DNA of 64,000 bases from a virus (lineage: Duplodnaviria; Heunggongvirae; Uroviricota; Caudoviricetes), in the IMG/VR virus record IMGVR_UViG_3300028048_000043. One strand, 5' to 3'. The notes below the pieces were generated by a model that worked only from the letters and a program-made list of their open reading frames with translations, was not told where the DNA came from and searched no databases. Both the position numbers and the translations under genes were made by a program. Shown in pieces: positions 57,701-64,000 of the stretch; the stretch's first letter is position 1, and each line of letters opens with the position of its first letter.

Positions 57701-57884
57701 AAATAGTACAGTTTTTGTATTTATTTTACTTTTATTAAAAAATTTGCTATATTTGCGATTGTATAGTTTTTAATAAGATTTAATAGATTCTGAAGTAACA
57801 GTTCATAACCCGAATGAAACGGTTTCTCTTCCTAGAACTTTTTCTTTTGCTCCAGGAAGACAAGCTTTTAATTTAGTTACAAAA

Positions 57885-59360
57885 TCAGATGTGTTCAATA
57901 TACCCCAAATATTTTTTAGCTCGCGTTATTGCTACATATTCAAGATTCTTCTCCTGTGCAGCATAAACTTTGTTCTTCATTACCCATGGAAGATAGAATT
58001 TGTTCATCTCTATTATAAACACCCTATCACATTCAAGACCCTTAGCCTTATGTACGGTGCTCATACATATTCCTGAACCATTCTTATCGCTGAAGATTTC
58101 CTCGATCTTTTTAACGGCATCTTCAGTTTTATCAATTCCTTCACAAATAGATTTAATTGCATCTACCTTATCAAGGAATGTTTGATACATACTGCTGTTC
58201 ACAGCATCCTCTTTAGTATAATCCATTAGTTTACACATCTTGTCAAGAAGTTTCTCCTCCTGCTCATATATCTTTATCAGAGCATCTTCAACATATTCTT
58301 CATCTGTATCTTTCAGAAGCTTTATTAGGTTTGAACCAGTGTCCCAGCCTTTTATGTAAGCTTTCTTTCCATCCTTTATGAACCTCATGCACAATTTTAC
58401 AAGAGGAGCCGTCATCCTGCAAAGAACCATATCCCCGTCTTGTATATCATCAACGGTCGCGGTGTCTACAATCACTCCTTCTTCTGCTCCATCTTTAGCT
58501 TCTATTTGTGGAACTATTTTCTTTGCCTTTTCAATAATCTTTGCATCGCATCTATAGCATATACTGAGAGGCATAAGCTTCGTATCCGGTTGGTTTTTTA
58601 ATTTAGCGAAACTTTCTTCATCTGAACCGCTGAACCCATATATAGCCTGTTTCCCGTCACCTACAGCAACAAATCTTCCGAAATCCGGATCAACACACTT
58701 CAAGAACATTTCACGTTGTGCGCTGTTCAAATCCTGGCATTCATCTATGAATACAAAGTCAAACTGAGGAATGTCAACATTTTTAACGTTTGGGAAATAA
58801 ATCATGTCAGTGAAATCTATTTCAGCAACATTTGATTCCCCCCACTTTATAGCCTTGAACGCTAACTGAATCTCATTATCTTCTATTATTATGTCATGTT
58901 TCTCCGCTAACTTTTTAGCATCAGAATCAGTTTTAACGAGATTCAGACGGATAAGATTTATCATTTCTTTTATGTTATTTTTCCATTCAAGAAACTCGTC
59001 TTTTCCAAGCTTTTTTTCAGGTTGATATTTCTTTTCTCTGACCTGATGGTCTACATATTTTCTATACTTGTCAGCGTTTATGGAACTTCTAAAGTTCTTA
59101 TAACAAATGCTAGAGCCGAGGCTGTGTAACGTTTTAACAGTAACGTTCTTCTTATCCCCGATCTTTTCTTTAAGTTCGTCAACAATAGATTTGTTGAACG
59201 CAAGGAAAAGAACATCTTTATCTTCCGGTATGATGTTCAATGCATTTATGATCGTAGTCGATTTTCCGCTACCGGCAACAGCTTCGATAACAAGATTTCC
59301 ATCGCCGTTTTGAATGTAATCATAAATTGCTTGCTGATATTTACTTGGTACAAATGCCAT
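57885..59360 (-). CDS. UvrD/Rep-like SF1 helicase
   Basis: AVAGSGKS, DECQD, VGDGKQAIYGFSG, YRC, STVHKAKGLE, YVAITRAKK. Confidence 0.93.
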   Translation of the reverse strand: MAFVPSKYQQAIYDYIQNGDGNLVIEAVAGSGKSTTIINALNIIPEDKDVLFLAFNKSIVDELKEKIGDKKNVTVKTLHSLGSSICYKNFRSSINADKYRKYVDHQVREKKYQPEKKLGKDEFLEWKNNIKEMINLIRLNLVKTDSDAKKLAEKHDIIIEDNEIQLAFKAIKWGESNVAEIDFTDMIYFPNVKNVDIPQFDFVFIDECQDLNSAQREMFLKCVDPDFGRFVAVGDGKQAIYGFSGSDEESFAKLKNQPDTKLMPLSICYRCDAKIIEKAKKIVPQIEAKDGAEEGVIVDTATVDDIQDGDMVLCRMTAPLVKLCMRFIKDGKKAYIKGWDTGSNLIKLLKDTDEEYVEDALIKIYEQEEKLLDKMCKLMDYTKEDAVNSSMYQTFLDKVDAIKSICEGIDKTEDAVKKIEEIFSDKNGSGICMSTVHKAKGLECDRVFIIEMNKFYLPWVMKNKVYAAQEKNLEYVAITRAKKYLGYIEHI

Positions 59361-59362
59361 CA

Positions 59363-59536
59363 CTAAACCCTCTCGTCTATTTCTCTTTTAAGTATAGCCC
59401 TGCGGTTCTTTCTGCTAAACATCGTGCTTGTATCTACAACAGATATGGCTTCCCATCCCTCGCGTCCCAGGTCATTCAAAACTTTTTCTGTTTCGATTGA
59501 ACCGAACTCGATAATCTTATATTCAAATTTCTTCAT
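59363..59536 (-). CDS. DUF4177-like small protein, 57 aa
   Basis: Not in the ORF track; FEYKII...LNDLGREGWEAISV...LKRE. Confidence 0.7.
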   Translation of the reverse strand: MKKFEYKIIEFGSIETEKVLNDLGREGWEAISVVDTSTMFSRKNRRAILKREIDERV

Positions 59537-59538
59537 TG

Positions 59539-60141
59539 CTATTCGTTCACTTTATTTTCTTTATACCACTTTGCGAAATCTTTCAAGGAATGCATCCTTA
59601 TAATATCCTCACAGTTGCTCTTTACGAGCAATTCATCTATGTCACAGTTTACGTTGTATGGAGCATCGATGAGAACTCCGTGTGTTGAATTACATCCCTC
59701 GAAGTTCCAATCATTATCATCTATAAAATAATCACAGTGAATGAACGTCTTATCCTTCGTAAAACAGATCCCGTCATATTCAATTCCGTTAGACCATAAC
59801 CAGGATATGGTATCGGTCTTGTTCATTAATGTCTTTTGATATGTTATGATTATGACTTTTCCTACTTTGCGAAGTTCGTCTATAGCAGACTTTGCTCCGG
59901 CGATGAGATTTGATTTCGTAAACAGAACGTGCCCCCAACTCTGAAAGAACCATTCAGATGCACTTATTCCAAGACGTTCTTTCACCAGTGGGAAAGATTC
60001 ATCAACGCGGAAATCTAAAACATCCTCCTTCTTCTTGTCTGTTTCAAACTCCCTGTTGTATATGTAGATCATTGAATCGAGAAGTTCCCTAAGAACCTCA
60101 TCAACGTCTACACCGAATATAATTTCTTTATCTTTTGTCAT
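59539..60141 (-). CDS. 5'(3')-deoxyribonucleotidase (HAD, NT5C-like)
   Basis: GVDVDEVL (DxD), K...DYFIDDN. Confidence 0.85.
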   Translation of the reverse strand: MTKDKEIIFGVDVDEVLRELLDSMIYIYNREFETDKKKEDVLDFRVDESFPLVKERLGISASEWFFQSWGHVLFTKSNLIAGAKSAIDELRKVGKVIIITYQKTLMNKTDTISWLWSNGIEYDGICFTKDKTFIHCDYFIDDNDWNFEGCNSTHGVLIDAPYNVNCDIDELLVKSNCEDIIRMHSLKDFAKWYKENKVNE

Positions 60142-60421
60142 TTTCTTTTACGTTTCCTTTTAAATAGTTTATCCATCGCTCCTTTGTATCGTTAGAGATA
60201 TCATCACAATAAGGAAGATATCTTGCGATTTCTTCTTTGATCTTTGATTCCTCGTCATCCTTAAACCACTGATTAACAAATTCTTCAGCGATTCGAAGCG
60301 ATTCGGCAACAGCAAGCGACGGAATAACTTCACCAATTATTCCATGCTTCGCCTCCAATACACCTTGGATACAAGACAGCGCTACTTGAAATTTGATTTC
60401 TTCTTTAGTCATTTGTACCAC
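60128..60421 (-). CDS. hypothetical protein, up to 97 aa
   Basis: In operon. Confidence 0.7.
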   Translation of the reverse strand: MVQMTKEEIKFQVALSCIQGVLEAKHGIIGEVIPSLAVAESLRIAEEFVNQWFKDDEESKIKEEIARYLPYCDDISNDTKERWINYLKGNVKENDKR

Positions 60422-60457
60422 TTTTCATTTTTGTACCACCTATTTCTGTGGTACATT

Positions 60458-60925
60458 TTATTTTTTAACAATCCAGTCGGCCACACTTGTTACGAGAGGA
60501 CCTAGCGTTTTCCATCTTGCCTCATATCCCATACCAGTAACCATACCTTTCGCTGACGCGAATACGATATTGGATTTTCCATTTTGTGTAGGGTTTATGT
60601 CAATGTCTATGCAAGTCGGTTTCTTGATTCCCTTAGCGACAAGACTCTCAGCACACTCTATACTATAAGATACCTCGCTCAAAAGACGTGTTGACATATC
60701 TCTTTCCCTTGGCGTTTTCCACCTTTTGAATACACAGTGTGCGCCGTTTCCAGGACGGTACATCGCTATGACAGTTGACCACACGGTAAAATCTCCTCTA
60801 TTCTGAGAATCCGTACCTATCATTATCTCAAGATCCGGATTATCTTTCATATAATCCTTTACATACTCCTCTATATCCGGAATCTTTTCTCCGCTGAATT
60901 TTTTGAACGTGATACTATTGAACAT
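60458..60925 (-). CDS. RNase H-like YkuK family protein
   Basis: IGTDSQ...GNGA...RLLSEV..SI...IDIN...SN...ADW. Confidence 0.85.
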   Translation of the reverse strand: MFNSITFKKFSGEKIPDIEEYVKDYMKDNPDLEIMIGTDSQNRGDFTVWSTVIAMYRPGNGAHCVFKRWKTPRERDMSTRLLSEVSYSIECAESLVAKGIKKPTCIDIDINPTQNGKSNIVFASAKGMVTGMGYEARWKTLGPLVTSVADWIVKK

Positions 60926-61823
60926 GATTTAATCTTATATAAATTCTTCTATATTTTGTTTCACCATTAACTACGTTGTCTTGATTTCCTAAAGGTCCCC
61001 AATGATCCAATTGAACAAGTTCAAACTGTTCAGGATTCCACTTTTCGAGAAATGTTATAGGAACTCCTATATACCCTTTCCATCCTTCAGGAATATCCTT
61101 TACTTTATCTACACATATACAGTCTTCACTAAGACCTGATATTTCTTTGAAATTATCAAACGTTTGAAAATCTTCGATCGATTTGTTTGACAACTCAATG
61201 AACGGCTTATCGATTGATATGTTGAACGATGTATACCAAACTACACCGGAGACACGAATCATCCCCTCTTTATGATCACCGGCAGACGCGAAATCTTCAT
61301 AATGTTCAGGAACTATAAAATGTCCGGCTAATCCCTTGAACCCATAATCAACGTACGACTTTCCATCTTTGATGTACTCAAACATATATCTGTTTGTTAT
61401 TGAGTTCTGAGATCCTATTATAATATAGTCTCTCTTTGTCATTATTATCGCATCAATAAACTTGAGAAACAAACTGAACGGAGGATTTGTAACAACAACA
61501 TCACATTTATAAAGATGTTCTATAAACCTGTCGCCTCTTATGTCTATAGGACCGCCGATATTTGTTTCATTTTGTCCGTCGAAATAATACACTCCATCAT
61601 AAAGGTCGCTAATATAAAGACCAGCGAGCTCAAGTCGTCTGAAATTATTCCGAAAGTATAACGGAAAATTTGATTTTTCATGATGATCGCACGGACAATA
61701 TACAACTTTCCCGCGAAGGAACTTTTCGAATTTATCCATCTCAGATTCTATATCAGAATATTGTGTATAAAATTCATCGTTCCTTCCTCTTCTTGCGTTT
61801 ATGAGAAAGTTGTTTCCTGGCAT
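60915..61823 (-). CDS. adenine-specific DNA methyltransferase, EcoRI family
   Basis: NDEFYTQYSDIE, GKVVYCPCD, DVVVTNPPFSLF. Confidence 0.9.
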   Translation of the reverse strand: MPGNNFLINARRGRNDEFYTQYSDIESEMDKFEKFLRGKVVYCPCDHHEKSNFPLYFRNNFRRLELAGLYISDLYDGVYYFDGQNETNIGGPIDIRGDRFIEHLYKCDVVVTNPPFSLFLKFIDAIIMTKRDYIIIGSQNSITNRYMFEYIKDGKSYVDYGFKGLAGHFIVPEHYEDFASAGDHKEGMIRVSGVVWYTSFNISIDKPFIELSNKSIEDFQTFDNFKEISGLSEDCICVDKVKDIPEGWKGYIGVPITFLEKWNPEQFELVQLDHWGPLGNQDNVVNGETKYRRIYIRLNHVQ

Positions 61824-61891
61824 AACCAAAAATGTTTTTGCAAATATACGGAATTAAAACAAAAAAAGAAAGCCGGTTGGCCGGCTTTATA

Positions 61892-62323
61892 CTACTTTAC
61901 TCTTAATTGCAAATCACAATCTTCTATACAGAGATTTCCTGACCTGAATCCGATGCTTCTCCAGAACCGTTCGCTTCCATCATCAATACAGTACAAAACA
62001 AAATGTTTTACCTTTACTTTTTTCTTATAATAATCTTTAATCATCTGAAAAAACCAGAACCCCCGTCCTCGTCTTCTCAGCTTGTTTTTTATTTCAAAAA
62101 GATTTAGGTATCGATCTTCATCTATATCGTTCAATTCCTCATAAGGAGTCACGAATGCGATTCCTGTTGTTTTCCCGTTCTCGACAAACCTGAAAATATC
62201 TAGATTGTCATGCTTTCTGTAATGCCAATAGTTAGCAGATATCAGACCAAAATCTGTAGTCCGATCTACTCTATTGAACCATTTACAGAAAGATTCATAT
62301 GAACCAAATCTTATTATTTTCAT
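61892..62323 (-). CDS. GNAT-family acetyltransferase
   Basis: FEIKNKLRRRGRG (motif A) and SERFWRSIGF (motif B). Confidence 0.75.
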   Translation of the reverse strand: MKIIRFGSYESFCKWFNRVDRTTDFGLISANYWHYRKHDNLDIFRFVENGKTTGIAFVTPYEELNDIDEDRYLNLFEIKNKLRRRGRGFWFFQMIKDYYKKKVKVKHFVLYCIDDGSERFWRSIGFRSGNLCIEDCDLQLRVK

Positions 62324-62328
62324 TTTTG

Positions 62329-62411
62329 TGCCCGAGGCGAGAGTCGAACTCGCACGCCCTTTCGGGCGGCAGATTTTGAGTCTGCTGGGTCTACCATTCC
62401 CCCACTCGGGC
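62329..62411 (-). tRNA. tRNA-Leu (CAA)
   Basis: Cloverleaf with long variable arm; GCAGA-ct-CAA-aa-TCTGC. Confidence 0.93.
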
Positions 62412-62427
62412 TATTGTGTTATTTTCG

Positions 62428-62512
62428 TGCTCCTGGGGGGATTCGAACCCCCACGGGCATTTCTGCCCAGCGGATTTTAAGTCCGCAGCGTCTACCGTTC
62501 CGCCACAGGAGC
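62428..62512 (-). tRNA. tRNA-Leu (TAA)
   Basis: Cloverleaf with long variable arm; GCGGA-ct-TAA-aa-TCCGC. Confidence 0.93.
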
Positions 62513-62516
62513 TTTG

Positions 62517-62590
62517 GGTGACTAGTCGGGTTCGAACCGACGACATGCGGAACCACAATCCGCCGCTCTGCCAACTGAGCTATAGTCACC
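62517..62590 (-). tRNA. tRNA-His (GTG), G-1 encoded
   Basis: GCGGA-tt-GTG-gt-TCCGC; C discriminator. Confidence 0.93.
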
Positions 62591-62646
62591 ATATTACTCC
62601 GCAAATATACGGAGACTTTTTCAATTTTCCAAATGTTCAAGGATAT

Positions 62647-62790
62647 TTATCTTCCCTGACCGCGATATGCCTTTACGTAATGCTTAGAATTCTTGCATTT
62701 AGATGTTCTTTTCTTTGAAACAACACCTGGTCTTTTCTTTTTAGGATTAGCGTGATATGCTCTAACTTTTTGTATTTTTGTAATTGCCAT
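62647..62790 (-). CDS. very basic 47-aa peptide ending KAYRGQGR
   Basis: Not in the ORF track; MAITKIQKVRAYHANPKKKRPGVVSKKRTSKCKNSKHYVKAYRGQGR. Confidence 0.7.
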   Translation of the reverse strand: MAITKIQKVRAYHANPKKKRPGVVSKKRTSKCKNSKHYVKAYRGQGR

Positions 62791-62815
62791 TTATAGAAAT
62801 ATTAAATTTCTATAT

Positions 62816-64000
62816 TTATGCAATCGAGGAAGCTGATTTTCTTCGTTTTAAAAGCTCTTCTAGTTCATACTTAGTCTCTGCGGCTATGGTCATATTCTTT
62901 TTGAAGCTCTTTCTCTTAGCATAGAAGTCATCTAGAATCTTTGGAATGAATCCTTTGAATTTCCTCGTGTAAACAGATCCGTTTACGCAAACAATCTCAT
63001 CGTCAGCCCTTCTATGGTTTTTGTCTTTCTTTATGAATGTATCCGGAGAGATGTTAAACTGCCTCATTGTCGTTGGATAAAGTGATGCATAGTCAACCGT
63101 CCACACCTGCCTGAACACACCTGGAATAGGTTCGTACACAAACGCGCCCTCGTATTCCTGAACATTGTTTTCTGTCTTCGCCTTAGGGAATACTCTATTT
63201 TCTTTATAGAGATACTCTGCGTCAACAATTTCGATACTTTTTGTTGAGCTGAACGCTGTCAGCGCCGGAGTGTGCATAAGATTAGCGAGACCGAAGAAAG
63301 TAGATGCAGTTTTCAATCGCTTGTCGATTTCTTTAACAAGGATACTGTCGATTACGTTATAGAACACATAGTCTCTAGGCTTTTGTCTCCATAATTCCCT
63401 AAATCCAAGTTTGTGTGCTACCTTTTTTATTCCGAGAACTGTTTCTGCCACCCAATCCAGCTTGTTACTAATCTTCGGAGAAATGCTTTTATCCCACTTC
63501 CTATAAACTTCAAGGTAGTCATACATTCCTCTGTGCATAGGAACACGAATGTTATCGTCTTTTCCTTTAGCGTCCATAGGTCGATATGTTGCAAAAGTTT
63601 TTGTTGGAGAAAGACTACTAATATCTAGTCCAAATAACTTTGCCCTGTTTGTTAAGTATAACCAGTCGTATCCGAACCAGTTCCAACCAGTAACACAATC
63701 TGATGTCCCTATAAAGTTAAAGAAAATGTCATTAAGGAGACTTAACTCGTTTTCATGATACCTATACCTGAATGTATATTTTACACCAAGTTTCTCTACA
63801 TGTTTGTCAATTTCCTTCTGAATCCATTCAATGTCATCATCTGACAAATTTGCCAATCCTGTACACCAGGCTTCATCTCCCCTGACAAAAGAACATGTAT
63901 TCACTTGGTTTGTTGCATCTTCAGCTCTAGGAAAACCAGTCTCACCAACATCAACCTCAATATCAGAATAGGTTGTTTCAGGAATATACAACTCATTTAT
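62816..64000 (-). CDS. family B DNA polymerase, N-terminal subunit (exonuclease plus palm start); 5' end outside the window
   Basis: DIE (ExoI), WNWFGYDW (ExoII), YN..DS (ExoIII), DYASLYP (motif A); ends shortly after KRKSFKK; frame open to the window edge. Confidence 0.9.
   Translation of the reverse strand: MNELYIPETTYSDIEVDVGETGFPRAEDATNQVNTCSFVRGDEAWCTGLANLSDDDIEWIQKEIDKHVEKLGVKYTFRYRYHENELSLLNDIFFNFIGTSDCVTGWNWFGYDWLYLTNRAKLFGLDISSLSPTKTFATYRPMDAKGKDDNIRVPMHRGMYDYLEVYRKWDKSISPKISNKLDWVAETVLGIKKVAHKLGFRELWRQKPRDYVFYNVIDSILVKEIDKRLKTASTFFGLANLMHTPALTAFSSTKSIEIVDAEYLYKENRVFPKAKTENNVQEYEGAFVYEPIPGVFRQVWTVDYASLYPTTMRQFNISPDTFIKKDKNHRRADDEIVCVNGSVYTRKFKGFIPKILDDFYAKRKSFKKNMTIAAETKYELEELLKRRKSASSIA

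Larger units (their letters stand above)
1652..62609 (-). promoter_or_regulatory. minus-strand TAnnTTTG promoters
   Basis: CAAAnnTA on the plus strand at e.g. 1652,7045,7657,7938,8775,9993, plus many upstream of minus-strand genes and tRNA clusters (about 32.06, 50.76, 55.76, 61.84, 62.60 kb). Confidence 0.8.

Noticed and set aside
1-64000. Stop-codon recoding as in Lak or some crAss-like phages
   Set aside because: Long conserved genes are intact under code 11, and TAG and TGA end many genes directly before terminators or overlapping starts.
1-64000. Diversity-generating retroelement, retron or introns
   Set aside because: No reverse transcriptase motif, no TR/VR pair with A-specific mismatches, and no intron or homing-endonuclease signature seen.

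Overview
The window is part of a large dsDNA phage genome from a Bacteroidota host. The evidence is TAnnTTTG(CA) sigma-ABfr-type promoters, A-rich SD-less starts, phage tRNAs and phage-type replication and repair genes. It uses the standard genetic code. It has two very different halves. (1) About 2.1-35.1 kb is an accessory, probably early, region of small genes in self-contained promoter-gene(s)-terminator units. It is punctuated by 47 copies of the palindrome ATAATTGC-NNN-GCAATTAT, which sit in untranscribed gaps. The copies are densest right after a G-quadruplex-like tract at 2.1 kb and thin out rightwards. Their flanks are shared between copies in a mosaic way, with identity often breaking at the 3-bp core. 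This array is the main candidate for an undescribed system: cassette shuffling or a nucleoprotein scaffold, with no cognate protein identifiable in the window. The region also encodes a sigma-70 factor and a SAM-lyase-like protein, and has 3' UTRs complementary to start-codon regions. (2) About 35.4-64 kb is mostly minus-strand operons. They encode LemA, a second sigma-70, an HD/P-loop kinase, an Rnl1-type RNA ligase, a nucleotidyltransferase, MgsA, a solo TnpB, a UvrD-like helicase, a 5'-nucleotidase, a YkuK-like RNase H fold, an EcoRI-family methyltransferase, a GNAT, six tRNAs (a seventh, anticodon CAT, lies at 32 kb in the left half), a pseudo-tRNA and the N-terminal half of a split family B DNA polymerase. 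All protein family calls are by motif recognition; no database search was run.
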